From the NCBI RefSeq assembly GCF_963921235.1, contig NC_086097.1, positions 189,288,001-189,352,000 on the forward strand: 64,000 bases of DNA, read 5' to 3'. Each line of letters begins with the position of its first letter. Positions within the stretch are counted from its first letter, which is position 1. The notes under the pieces are model-generated. The model was not told the origin of the DNA. It was given only the letters and a program-made list of their open reading frames with translations, and ran no database searches. Below are positions 38,596 through 51,814 of the stretch, one piece after another. This DNA is from Mobula hypostoma. Taxonomy: Eukaryota. Made by a program: the position numbers and the translations under genes.

Positions 38596-39254
38596 AGACC
38601 ATTGCTCTGAAGCTCTATTCTCTAGTCCTCCTGTTGGGCCTTGCTTCCTGTAATCCATCTCCACAACCAATTGGGGTTTAAATAATTTCTTTATTTAGTC
38701 TGCAACAGCAAGGAGCAAAGGAAAGCTCTTTAGATGCAGAAGGCCTACCCTGGACCTCACGCACTAATGAATTTGAGTGGTTGGTCCGTATGATGTTTGG
38801 CTAGCTAAGAAAGACTGTTTAAATTACAAGATTTTTTTTTCCAGATATGTGGCAATACAGGAATCACATTTTCCATGTTTTGACTAGGATTAAGCAAAAT
38901 TAAAAAATAACATTGCATTTATCCATTGCATTTTATCTTATGTTTTTATAAAAGTCATTTTCCTCAGATTGCAAAATGTTTCTCCAGGGATGATTTAATT
39001 TCTCGACTCTAATTCTGTGAAGCATGCCCAATTTTTCAATATTATAAAATGTAAATCAGTAAGACTGACAAATCATTTTAAGGTTCTTGCAGTTGAAATT
39101 GAAAATCAAGAATCAAATTTTCAGCAAAGTTCATATTTAAATTAAATTGTTAATTTGGGCAAATATAAAAAACCACCCACTAGAACATGTTAAACAAATA
39201 TTGATAAAATGTATGGGATTGGGATAGCAGTTGTGAAAGCAAACATAACATTGA

Positions 39255-40140
39255 GACAAGCAAGAGAAAAGCTGTGGATGCTGGAAATCCAAGCAACACA
39301 CACAAAATTCTGCAGGAACTCAGCAGGCCGGGCGGCATCTATGGAAAAAAAATACAGTCCATGTTTCAGGCTGAAACCCTTCGGCAAGGACTGGAGAAAA
39401 AAAAAAAGGTGAGGAGGAGATTTAAAAGGTGGGGAGAGGGGAGAGAGAACCACCAGGTGATAGGTAAAATCTTGAGTGGGAGAGATAAAGTAAAGAGCTG
39501 GGAAATTGATTGGTGAAAGACAGAAGGCCATGGAAGTAAGAAAAAGGGGGAAGGAGCACCAGAGAGTGGTGATGGGTGGGCAAGGAGATGAAGTGAGAGA
39601 GGGAAAAAGGGGATGGGAAATGGAGAAGGGGGGTTGGGGGGGCATTAACTGAAGTTTAAGAAATCGATGTTCATGCCATCAGGTTGAACATCCCAAACTG
39701 AATAAAAGGTGTTACCCAAACTGAATAAAAGGCTACCCAAACTGAATAAAAGGTGTTGTTCCTCCAACCTAAATGTGGCCTCATCATGACAGTGGAGGAG
39801 GCCATTGTTGGACATAACAGAATTAAAATGGGTGACCACTAGGAGATCCTGCTTGTTCAAGTGGTCGGAACATAGATACTTGGCAAAGCAGTCTCCCAAT
39901 CTACGCCGGGTCTCACCGATGTACAGGAGGCTACACCAGGAGCACTGAACACAGTAAATAATTCCAAAAGACTCACAGGTGAAGTGTCGCCTCACCTGAA
40001 AGGACTGTTTAGGGTCCTGAATGGTAGTGAGGGAGGAGGTGTAGGGGCAGGTGTAGCACTTGTTCGACTTGCAAGGGTAAGTGCCAGCAGGTGGGGGGGG
40101 GGGGGCGGAGGGAAGAGAGGAAAAGATGTGCTTGGTTGTG
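39255..40140 (-). mobile_element. Penelope-like element fragment (GIY-YIG and pLTR, degenerate hammerhead at about 39355-39393)
   Basis: GIIYCVQCSWCSLLYIGETRRRLGD and QPDGMNIDF motifs. Confidence 0.85.
39692..39757 (+). repeat. Three tandem copies of a 21-23-bp unit (cccaaactgaataaaagg...)
   Basis: Seen directly in the sequence. Confidence 0.85.
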
Positions 40141-40209
40141 GGATATTATACTCTTGGAACAAGTGGAGTAGCTAAAGTGATGATACTTCTTATTGTTGCC
40201 AAAACTTAC

Positions 40210-40347
40210 TTTTGGGCTTCTAAAGCTTTGTCTCTTTCTTCAACAAGTTTCCTTTCTCTGGCATCAAAGGATTCTTTCATGTGTTTGACCTGTGTTTCCA
40301 ACATGGTTAGTATCTCTGCCTTATCCTGCCACTTCTTGTTTACAGCA
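40210..40347 (-). CDS. LRRCC1: LRRCC1 exon (AVNKKWQDKAEILTMLETQVKHMKESFD...ERDKALEAQK)
   Basis: Resembles 'LNRKWHDKGELLCHLETQVK'. Flanked by ttgtag and gtaagt. 138 nt. Confidence 0.92.
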
Positions 40348-40519
40348 CTACAAATACAAAAGACAAAAGCAAAACATAACAGATGTTGCAAAGGCACAAA
40401 TTGCTATAAATACTCAGCTTTGAAAAGTGATTAACCTAAAACCCTATTTTTCTCTCTCTGCATTTACAACCTGAACCGTCTAAATATTTCTTACTATCTT
40501 TATTACACTTCAAGGAAAA

Positions 40520-42186
40520 CAATTGCAAATGTTGTTCCACTCTTTAAGAAGGGAGAGAGGCAGATGAAAGGAAATTATAGGCCAGTTAGCCTGACTTCAG
40601 TGGTTCGGAAGATGATGAAGTAAAATATTAAATGTGAGGTCTCAGGTAATTGGAGGTGCTTGATACCATAGGCCAAAGTCAATATAGTTTCCTTAAGAGG
40701 AAATCTTGCCTAACAAATCTGTTGGAATTCTTTGAAGAAACAACAGGCAGGATAGACAAAGGAGTGTCAGTGGATGCTGTTTACTTGGATTTTATGAAGG
40801 TCTTAAGATGATGCACAAGAGGATGCTTAATAAGGAAGAGGTCATGGTATTATAGGAAAGATACTACCATGGATAGAAGATTGGCTGACTAGCAGAGGGC
40901 AAAGAACAAAAAGTATGCAAATAAAATGGGATTTTTTTTGGTTGGCTGCCAGTGACTAGTGGTGTTCCGCAGGGTTTGGTTTTGGGACTATATCTTTTTA
41001 CATTGTACTGTCTGCAAACTTGGCCACAAAGCTATCAATTCCATCATTCAAATTATTGACAAAGACAGGTGGAGAGGCAGGTAGTATTAAGGAAGCAGGG
41101 AGTCTGCAGAAAGACTTGGACACATTGGGAGAATGGGCAAATAAGTGGCAGATGGAATAAAGTGCAAGAAGCGCATGATCATGCACTTTGGTAGCAGGTC
41201 CTTAGTACTTGCCCAAATACCGCATCTGGGCTGGATGTTTTCCGTGGGTCCACCTTCATGAAGAATGCTGTTATGTCGACCTTAAAGACTGAAGTCAGAA
41301 GGTCATCAAGACCTGTGGTAGTTCATGAACATTCCTCCATGCTTTGACAGTCAAAGCGAACATAGAAGGCATTGAGCTCATCTGGAAGTGAAGTCCTTTT
41401 GTCACATGTCACTTGCTTTCATTTTATAAGAGGTGATAGCATTCAAGCCCTGCCACAGTTGTCGAACATTCTTCACTGATTCAAGTTTAGTCTGGAATCC
41501 TTGTTAAGGATTCCCTAAAGTTAACTTTCAGGTTGAGTAGGTGGTTTAAGAAGGCAAATACAATGTTAGTATTAATTTTGAGAGGACTAAAATATAACAG
41601 CAAGGATGTGATGCTGAGGCTTTATAAGGCAATGGTCACATCACACTTGTAGTATTGTGAGCAGTTTTGAGAACCTTACCTAAGAAAGATGTGCGGGCAT
41701 TGGAAAGAGTCCAAAGGAGGGTCATGAGAATAATTCAGGAAACAAAAGGGTTAACAATGACAAGCATTTGATGACTCTAGGCCTGTACTCGCTGGAAATT
41801 TGAAGAATGGGGGGTGGAGGGATCTCATTAAAGCCTATCAAATATTGAAAGGCCTATATTGAGTGGATGTGGAGAGGATGTTTCCTATAGTGAGTGACTC
41901 TAGCACCAGAGAGCACAGCCTCAGAATAGAGCGATGTCCATTTAGAACAGAGCTGAGAACGAATTTCTTCAGCCAGAGGGTAACAAATCTGTAGAATTCA
42001 GACAGCAGTTGAGGACAAGTCTTTGGGTGTATTTAAAATGAAGGTTCTTGGTTAAGTCAGGGTATCAAAGGTTATGGGGAGAAAACAGCAAAATAGTGTT
42101 GAGGGAGATAATAAATCAGCCATGATGGAAATATGGAGCAGACTCGATGGGCCAAGTCTTATTCTGCTCTTACGTCTTATGGTCTA
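40520..42186 (+). mobile_element. Degenerate CR1 LINE with an internal micro-inversion (41005-41060) and an antisense Rex1-like insert (about 41197-41500)
   Basis: NYRPVSL, VTSGVPQG and CR1 3' UTR remnants. Confidence 0.8.
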
Positions 42187-42944
42187 ATTTGAAGGAAGCT
42201 GAATAACTTCACTTGACATGATGCATCTGTTAGTTCGTTAATAACCCTTTATCAAATATGTATAGAGTAACTTTGTAATTCTTGGATTTTAATTAATGCA
42301 TTTCCCTATGGTTTCACAGCAATTTTTGTTAAACAGACTGGATTACTTCTGATCAAGAGACTTACCTCCCAATAAGTAGAAGCGTGTATCTTGAGAATGA
42401 ATGATTACGCTATTTTTAGTAATATGCTCATTGAATTAATGTTTTCTCCAACAATGTTATTATAGTCACTTAAGCAAACTGATTGAACAGACTAAAGTTT
42501 ACTGATTACAAAGGTAATAATTTAAAAAAAAATATAAAACTGTGATAGGAAGGGCAATTGACAAAGATTGCAATTATAATATACAGTACAAACTGAAATA
42601 CAATGATTAAACTTCAGAGTTCATTTCCTAGAAAAATACTTGTAAATGAAAAGAAATGTGTGAAAAGAATATTTAGTCTGTTCTTAACATTTAAACATAT
42701 CTCGACTACCACCAAAGACAGTGTATTCCAGATACCCACCACTCTCTGCAAAACTTTGTTTTACATGTCATCCATATGAAAGCATAAGTACATCAAGGTA
42801 GTGCAAAGGAGAAGGTAAGGACCTCTTATTCCCTCAGATGGACTTAAATTCTCCTATGACACTATTTGAGAAAGAGTATGTCGTGCCCAATATTCTTAAA
42901 ACTTGCCCCTCACATCTCCTTTGAAATTAACCCCAAATCTCATA

Positions 42945-43535
42945 ATTCAAGATTCAAGATTGTTTAATGTCATTTCCTCCACACAACAAAATAATTATTA
43001 CTCAGGATGTGATGTAGTACAAAAAAACAAGATGAAGACCACAGTAAGAATAAAAATCCACAATAAACATCATAAGATTGTGTATATACATAGGTTGATT
43101 GCATGTCCATAAAGTGATGCTAGGCTGTACGCAAGGTGAATGACAGGAAATAATAAAGTAGTGGTGGAGTTAATGGGTGGGGTGTTGATCGGTCTTATTA
43201 CTTGGAGAAAGTAACTGTTTTATAGTCTTGTAGTTCTGGCATGGATGCTATGCAGCCTCCTCCCTGATGGGAGCGGGTCAAACAGCCCATGAGCAGGGTG
43301 GGTAGGCCCTTCCTCCCCGACCCCCGATTCACTCCTAACCTATTCACAAGACACCTTACAATGACCAATTCACCTATCCGGTACATCCTTAAATTATGGG
43401 AGAAAACCTGAGGGCTCAGAGAAAACCCACACATCCACAGGGAGAATGTAAACAAACTCCTTACCAGGTTTAACTCTAAACTCCGACGCCCAAGCTTTAA
43501 GAGTCATGCTAACCGCTATGCTACTGTGGTGCCCA
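42945..43535 (-). mobile_element. Rex1-like LINE 3' end followed by an HE1/V-SINE-like copy
   Basis: (attcaag)2 tail. SINE core and head at about 43320-43535. Confidence 0.6.
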
Positions 43536-43539
43536 TTCT

Positions 43540-44290
43540 ACATCCTCTCCAAATCCTCAACATCCTTCCTATAATGGGGCACTCAGTGTTCTGTGCAATT
43601 CTCCAGATGTGGCCTAACTGGAGTTTTGTAAAGCACAACATCGCTTCTTGACTTTTGAACTCAATGCCTCGACTAACAAAGGCAAGTATGCCAATTGCCT
43701 TTTTAACTACCCCATGGTTAAGAAATAAACTTCCAGGGAGCTACGAATTTGGACCCCAAAATCCCGCTGCTCAGCAAAATTATTAGGGGTCTTGCTCTTA
43801 CCAGTGTGCTGCCTCTTTACATTTGACTTACCAAGGTGCAACAAGACACATTTGGCTGGGTTAATCTCCATTTGCCATTTCTCTGCCCTTATCTGTAACT
43901 GATCTATATCCTGCTGTGTTCTTTGCCAGTCTTCAAAGCTATCCACACCAGCACCATTGGAAAACCATGGCCTAATTATGAAAGCCAGCATGGCTTTCTG
44001 CGAGATGTCATAATTTACTAGTAGAAAATAGAATAGTATAGCGCAGGAATGGCCCAAAATATTGTGCTGAACTAAATAAGTTAAAATCAAGTGGTCAACT
44101 AGTCCCTCGCCCTGCTTATCCTCTTGCTCTTGATCAATGTACAGAATGCCTTGGGACTCTCTTTAAACCTACTTGCCAAGGTCTTTTCACAGTCCCTCTT
44201 GGCTTTTCTAATTCCCTTCTTGAGTTCATTTCTGGCTTCTTTAAAATCCTCAAGAGCTCTGTTTGATTCTAGCATCCTAAGCTTCACATG
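43540..44290 (-). mobile_element. CR1 LINE fragments
   Basis: EKWQMEINPAKC.LLHLG and ELKKGIRKAKR motifs. Confidence 0.75.
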
Positions 44291-45121
44291 CCTCTTGCAA
44301 ACATTTATCTAACAACCTGTCTTCGTTACCTTCACATAATTGTTATCTAATTTCTCTGATTTCTTATAGTCAATACTGATTTCAGATGAAATCTCCGATA
44401 TCAAAATGGAAAAGCTTCAGTCGAAGTTGTTCACTTGGAAACATTGCACATTGACCATAAAAAACAAGTAAAATAATATAATATTGTATATTATATATTA
44501 TATAAAATAATATAACAGGCAGTATAATATTGTCAGGACAGCGGGAACAACACTATTCTTTTTTCAAAAGGCTTAATACTCCACTGGGCAAGTAGTGCAG
44601 CCTAGGTTATATACTTGTATCTTTGCAATGGTACTATCAGCAAACTTTCAACTCAGCATTGACAGCAAGCTAGAGTCAACATACGAGGCAAAAAAAAAGG
44701 TACAGGTAAAGAACTAATTAGCTGGGTATGGATAAGCTGCTAGAAAGAATTATAGGAATCCATTCAAGTAAAACAAAACTTAATGACTAGAGCCTGAAGA
44801 GCTTGGGAAAGATTAATGGGTAGAATTTTTCCAGCTTTTACATAGCCATTCAGATACTGCTCAAGTACATCACAATAATTCAGTGCAAGAAATTAATGAC
44901 AGCTAGTATGAAAAGACAACTGGAAGTATAGTATAGTAGTATATTTTATAATAAATCAATTGCCAACTGTCATGTATGTAGGTGATTTGAAACTTGATGT
45001 AATTGGTCTATTGTTAATAAACCACTATGAATAATTACTTATCAAATCTAAAATAGACCACTGCAACATCATGCAATTGAAAACATCACTTTTAATGTCA
45101 AAATAGTATATTGACATTTAC

Positions 45122-45330
45122 CTGAATGCCCTGTTTTTTTCCTCCAGCTCAGCTTCTTTTTCTTCAAGCTGCCGCTTTAGTTCACTTTTCCGCTCTGAAA
45201 GCCTCTCAACTTTATCCTTCAGATCTTGTGATATTGCAGCTTCATTCTCTAACTGATCCTGGAAGCTTCTTTGATCTTGTAGGTTTTTCTCACGTATTTT
45301 CCTAATCTGTTCATCTCTTTCTTGTAAACC
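45122..45330 (-). CDS. LRRCC1: LRRCC1 exon (GLQERDEQIRKIREK...KEAELEEKNRAFS)
   Basis: Coiled coil. Flanked by ttgcag and gtaaat. 209 nt. Confidence 0.9.
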
Positions 45331-45964
45331 CTGCAAGGACAAACATTTTCATTATGGAAGGCTTATTCGGGAAGAGGACAAACTGCAAATGCACACAATG
45401 CGAGAAGGCCCACAGATATCCTAAATTGTAGTGAAATTAATTGTCAATTCAATGATTTTCTTTACAACTTTCTCCAAAATTTAATTAAACAGTTAAATCT
45501 GACTTGCCTTAGAATCACACAAAATTTACGGCAAATGAAGTCATTCAACTACAACCCTGTAGAAGATGGCAGAGTTTATTCGCCAAATAACTTATTTTAA
45601 AATAATAACACTAGAAGGCAATCCCAACAGAAAGTATTCCTATTGAATAAATGCAGTGCAAGCTTTATCTTCTTCTCCAATCCGGTCATGGACCATTAAG
45701 AAGATTTAATTCACCAGCTATGTTCAAAAGATGGATAGAATAATGAATTTGCAACCCACTTGATAGTACACTGAATTATTTATGCTTATAAATTCAAAAC
45801 AGTGTTCCCAGTGTTGTGTAATAAAAAAAACATTTTCCTACGATTAATGATAAACATGATAATGATCAATTTTAATCCTGAGTGCATGTCATTTCTCGTG
45901 CAAAACTTCTTTGAAATCATGCTTGGACACTCTAGGGAACAAATAAATCATCCCAATTTCAACA

Positions 45965-46765
45965 CCGTCATCATCAGCATCCATACGTCTTGAAAGACAA
46001 TGGTGTGACACTTCCCTGATGGTTCTTGGGGTCATAAACTTGGGGCTATTAGTACTTTCTAGAGTGGCTGTACAGTCCCATTCTCGAGTGACAGTCTCTT
46101 TCACAACAGCTGCAGGTGAAGGAGGAAGGTGCTCTGGGTGATGCAGCTCTGGATTTTCTTCAGGCTCACGTGATGAGCATGTTGATCCTTGCTATCTCAG
46201 CATGTTGTGCACTGCTTTTGACTGCGGCTCTCCACACTCTCTGGTCTTCAACTGTTTCCTCCCATGTGTTGAGGTCGATGACTTGCAGATATCCCTGTCG
46301 CAGAGACATGGTCTTCCTTGTGGGTGGTAACCCTCACTCAGCTCATCAAGGAGCATGTCCTAGGAATATCATCCCTGCTGAAGTCGTTTGACATGGCCCA
46401 ACCCTCTGCGGCATCTGTGGCTGTGTTGTCCGTGGTTGCTGGTGGTGTCAGCCTGCTGTGGAACCTCTGTGTTGGTGATTTTGTCCTGTCAGGAGATGTG
46501 CAAGATGAGCAAGTAGGTGGAACGAGTTTAGCCTCTTCTCTTGGCTGATGTATGGCATCCAAGCCTTGCTGGTGTAGAGGAGTGTGCTGACCACACACAC
46601 CTGCTACACACACAGCTTGGCCTTTGTCAGCTGCCTGTTGTTCAGTCTAGCCATGACAGTTGAGGCTTTGGCAATCCTGCTGTTCACCTCGGCTTCAAGG
46701 GACAGGCAGCTGGTGATAGCCAACCCAAGACAGGTGAAGGAGTTAACTACATCAAGAGAGCAACC
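45965..46765 (-). mobile_element. RTE-clade LINE 3' fragment
   Basis: Remnants 'LEAEVNSRIAKAS', 'CVVSTLL', 'QEKRLNSFHL', 'LRVRVTTHKE'. Tail 'ccattgtctttcaagacgtatggatgctgatgatg'. Confidence 0.75.
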
Positions 46766-47400
46766 AATTTAAACCTGAACTATTAGGTTAACTCACTTAC
46801 TTAGCGTTCATTGTTCTAACTCCACTGCACCATCCCCACCAACATTTTCTTTGATGCCATCCTCAAATCCCTTCCTTGATGCTTACGTTTCTAACACTAA
46901 TCTACCAAACACAACATTCTTCAATCCAATCACCTGAAAATTCACCTCCTCACCAGATCAAAAATCAAAATTTAGGCAAGAGTATTAGGTAATATTGCAT
47001 ATATTTTTGTGTGAATGTGCCCTTTAAACTGCCTGTACTAGGACAGTTACCTTGAGCAATTCCAAACCAGTGGATACATTTTAGATGTCAATGTCATAAT
47101 GTTTAAAATTTTATCTCTATACCTCTCTTCGTCTTTTCCAAATGTGTTTTAAAACCTACTCCTAAACAACTTACAATCATTCAATAGCTACTGACAAGTT
47201 TTATTTGATAATTTTCTTGTAAATCACTAAATGCGATTATTTTTGTTGAAATGACTATACTTAGCACTAAAGTTCAGATTTATTCATGCTTTGGAGTTAA
47301 CTACTTTATAAAAATATTACTTTTTCCTGAGAAAGTTGTATAACAGCAATAATTTGCTTCTTAATATGCAGATTGTATTTTTTAACAATGAGAAACTCAC

Positions 47401-47564
47401 TTCTTTAAGTTTTCTAATGGTATCAGTTTGATCATCCAAAATCTTTGTTTTGATCTTCAAGGCATTTAGGTCTTGCTCATTTTGCCTTTTTAGGGATTCC
47501 ACCTCTGAAGTCAGCATTTCAATCCTTGCCTCCAGTCTTCCTCTGTCTTGTGCCAAAGACGACC
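47401..47564 (-). CDS. LRRCC1: LRRCC1 exon (SSLAQDRGRLEARIE...KILDDQTDTIRKLKE)
   Basis: In frame with the previous exon. Flanked by cccag and gtgagt. 164 nt. Confidence 0.92.
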
Positions 47565-48867
47565 CTGGGTAGTAGAAGTAGGAGGCACTCAGAGATGCAA
47601 AGTTATACAAAGTTAACAGTTATTTGAATTACTGTAAGCATGAAAGCCAATTTTGCACCACCAAGCCTAATTTATAGAACTCAAGACCAGTTTTAAATTT
47701 GTGGATATACATCATGTTTACCAATACATTTTGTGCATCTTTAAACCGAGCCTATATTGATCTTTATGGTCATTAAATGAATAAAATTTTAATATTCAAA
47801 ACAGCTAGTGAAAATAATTTCTATTATTCATTAGCATATAAATACACTAATCCTTTAATACTGCCGCTGATTTTCACCATCTTTAGTGTTCTTACCTTTT
47901 ATCAAAATATTCTGAATCTCAGTTTTAGTTCTGCTTATCTAGATCTTAGAAGCTAAATTCATATCATAATTTTACTGAAAAATCCAGCACTTTATACTTA
48001 ATGTTTATAAAATGTTCAAAATACATTCACTCCAATCAATTTATGAAGAATAATGCTCGTAATTATAGATATAATGAAGAAAATGAATGAGGATGAGATA
48101 TAACCTACAGAAAAATTTAAACCTTAAAAGCAGTTTAAGGGGAAAAAATTATCAAAGTACAAAGCAGTGGTTGAAATAAGTATGCTGCCTGACCTGCAGA
48201 GTACTTCCAATATCTTCTCTATTTTTGGCATCTGCGGTATTTTATTTTTGTAAGTTGATGTTTAGTGAGGTGTGCTCATAGGAGAGGCATATCAATCTGT
48301 GGGCAATCCAAAAGATGAAGTAATTTCTTTTTTAGGTAAATGTCTGTAAGAAGTATTTATTGAGGATAGCAAAAAAGGTGAATCTGTAGTCATTATTAAA
48401 AAGGTGAGCAGTACTACCATGGAAGTGGAAAACTGGCTAAGCCAATTTGATTTTAAAAATTGTAGGATTCGGAGGAGGGAGAATTTCAGAATGCTAGAAG
48501 TTATATCTCAGAGCCAGAGATGGCTGATTTTGTAAAAGGATTGGAGAATGGTGAGGTACCCCTTTTTGAAATGCAAGGCAGATATATTCTAGGTAATTAC
48601 ATACATTTGTAAATTAAACATAAATTTATCACATACCAAACTAAAAGCAACACAGTTTACAGTAACAAGCATAGGTTACAAAAATGGCATTCATGTGCAC
48701 GACTCTCAGAATTATTTGAGGATAGGATGGGGAAGTATCAGATTACGTTAAGTTATACAAGAATGAAGGAATCCACTAAAATGCAGGACTTCATAGGGGT
48801 AGATAATTGTGCAGGGGGGAAGAGAGGTTGCAAATTGTTGGAGAAAAAAAATGAATTCAAGTTGAGG

Positions 48868-49753
48868 CAACACACATCAAAGTTGCTGGTGAATGCAGCA
48901 GGCCAGGCAGCATCTCTAGGAAGAGGTACAGTCGAAGTTTCAGGCCGAGACCATTCGTCAGGACTAACTGAAGGAAGAGTGAGTAAGAGATTTGAAAGTT
49001 GGAGGGGGAGGGGGAGATCCAAAATGATAGGAGAAGACAGGAGGGGGAGGGATGGAGCCAAGAGCTGGACAGTTGATTGGCAAAAGGGACATGACAGGAT
49101 CATGGGACAGGAGGTCCGGGAAGAAAGACGGGGGGGGGGAACCCAGAGGATGGGCAAGGGGTATATTCAGAGGGACAGAGGGAGAAAAAGGAGAGTGAGA
49201 GAAAAAATGTGTGTATAAAAGTAAGTAACAGATGGGGTATGAGGGGGAGGTGGGGCATTAGCGGAAGTTAGAGAAGTCGATGTTCATGCCATCAGGTTGG
49301 AGGCTACCCATACGGAATATAAGGTGTTGTTCCCCCAACCTGAGTTTGGCTTCATCTTTACAGTAGAGGAGGCCGTGGATAGACATGTCACAATGGGAAT
49401 GGGATGTGAAATTAAAATGTGTGGCCACTGGGAGATCCTGCTTTCTCTGGTGGACTTTCTTCCCGGACCTCCTGTCCCATGATCCTCTCGTATCCCTCTT
49501 GCCAATCACCTGTCCAGCTCTTGGCTCCATCCCTCCCCCTCCTGTCTTCTCCTATCATTTTGGATCTCCCCCTTCCCCACCAACTTTCAAATCTCTTACT
49601 CACTCTTCCTTCAGTTAGTCCTGACGAAGGGTCCCGGCCTGAAACGTCGACTGTACCTCTTCCTAGAGATGCTGCCTGGCCTGCTGCGTTCACCAGCAAC
49701 TTTGATGTGTGTTGCTTGAATTTCCAGCATCTGCAGAATTCCTGTTGTTTGCA
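48868..49753. mobile_element. Penelope-like insertion with inverted pLTR arms (48868-49127 and 49455-49714)
   Basis: Near-identical ~260-bp inverted repeat around a GIY-YIG C-terminal remnant. 14-bp TSD aattcaagttgagg at 48854-48867 and 49754-49767. Confidence 0.9.
49616..49653 (+). ncRNA. Minimal hammerhead ribozyme motif in the Penelope pLTR
   Basis: UAGUC-CUGACGA-A-GGGU(CCCG)GCCU-GAAAC-GUC-GACUG. The core is intact; stem II has G-U pairs. Confidence 0.65.
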
Positions 49754-51814
49754 AATTCAAGTTGAGGACAGTTTTGCAGAATGTTTCAAAGGGTCCTGCT
49801 AGGTTAATTCCTCAATAGTGTATCTAATCATAATAATGCTAAAGTGTACACTGTGTACATCATTTATTTTGATAGAGTCTTAAAGAAAGTGGATTTGAAG
49901 TCCTATGTAAAATCAAACTTCCTATGAAAAAATGAAGCCGACTACAGACTTTACTAAAATGAGGATATTGGTTAAATGGCTGGTGAAATTACAAGTCAGT
50001 ATGTTAAGTGGAAAACATAATAGTAGCAAGTTTCCTTGACCAGATGTGCAAAGGTTCATTTTCCATAAAGCCTCTAAAAATTAAAGTTGTTTATAAAACC
50101 ACAAGATGGCAATACAATGTTACACACACACACAAGCTTACTAACTGCTGAATAATCAAAAAGGCTCTTAAAATACATTGCAGTACTTCAAATAGATTAA
50201 CCATAGATATATAACATATTCTACATTAAATTCAACTTGATTCTGTATATATTATAAAAATTACTTTTATTAATTATTTTATCACTGTTTTTTCTGCTTT
50301 CCTCATTGATACCCCTCGAACAAAGTATTATTGAGTAAGCATTGCGTAATTAACAAGTTACTCTATTTTATTGTAAGTGCTGCTCTATGTAATACAAATG
50401 TGTTAATAATGTCATTCAAACAGCAGTGAGGAATTTGATACAACCTTACTGATTATAATAGAAATGGCAATAGTAAAATTCCCATGACGCAAAATTCAAT
50501 GGATGATGATTAAAAAAACACATCAAGTACCACTGACTTCAAGTTTCAAAATGGTATGTTGGATTTTTTTTCTTAAATGGCTTACTTTACTTAAATTCCT
50601 AGAGGATTAACTTTAGGTAGCTTGAATTAGATTAAAGAAAGCACTGATTGCATTGATAAAAATAACAGAGTATCACCATTATTAGTTGCTTAACTTCTCA
50701 AATTATTAAGACAATAAAGCACACATAGGATAAGGTGTCTAGCTTCAGTCAGTCTGAAATTGCCAACCTTATCCTCTTGGACAATCTGGTGAAACGGCAC
50801 TGATAGGAATTCATTTTGCAAATCTGTTGGATAATTAGATTGCCCTTTCAGTGACAGGCAGAATGGAACAGAAGGTGCAGCAAGGTTACAGGGTGGCCTG
50901 TTGATTCCAAGTGAGAACATTAGTAGAGCCGAATTATAGTTGCTTCTTCAGCAGAATGACCTTCATTCTTTATAATGGATAATTATTAATGAATAGTATT
51001 GGCAGTATTTCAGTGTCTTGGCATTATTTCAGTATAATGTGTTTAGTAGTATTAATGACCAATATTGCAATTCTGAATGTGTTTATTGTAAATAATTACA
51101 TTGCAGCTGTAAAATCAAACCCTGTCATTTCTTTACTTCATCACAAGAAATGTTACTGTCTAATACAGGGTGAACATCTAGGTTTAAAGAATCCATTAGT
51201 AGATGTTTTTCAATTTCATTTCAACCTTTCTAATGAATAACCCATTTATATGCAAATTAGTGCAAATGACAAGTAATTCTATTTACAGTGTAGTGGTTAG
51301 AATTACACATGTCAAGTTCACAGAAGAGCAGAAACTTCTTACATTATACAAAATGCCTCACCTTGCATTGCTCAAACTACCCATTTCAGTGACCCCAATC
51401 ATCCTTGAGAAATACTTGCTCCAAAGTGAAGCAGCAAATTGCAAAAGACATACAGCATCTTGATCATAATTTATCAATGAGAAGCTGGTCTGTCAGAACC
51501 AACAAAACTATCAGCAAGTTGCTTCCTTGACAACCAAATCATTGATTTAACAACTATCCGTGGGACACAGAATGGTATCAGGAACACTGTATATTAGAAT
51601 ATGCCTTAGCTATATAGGAGCAAATGTTTTGTATGCTGCTAATAAAGATCACCAATTAGAAGTATCTTTATCCATTGTTACCAGGGCAAGATGCAGTTTG
51701 ACAATGGATCAAATGAACACAAACTAAACTTGATTAACTCAAAGGCTGTTGGGGCCTTTGTTAAAATTACTCAGTTCTGGGAGGCTCTTCAAGAAAGTTG
51801 AAAACAAATAAAAC

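Noticed and set aside
39692..39757. Short repeats as a CRISPR-like array
   Set aside because: There are no unique spacers. It is a slippage triplication inside a Penelope fragment.
48727..49802. Overlapping mirrored ORFs on both strands
   Set aside because: An artefact of the inverted purine/pyrimidine-rich Penelope pLTR arms.
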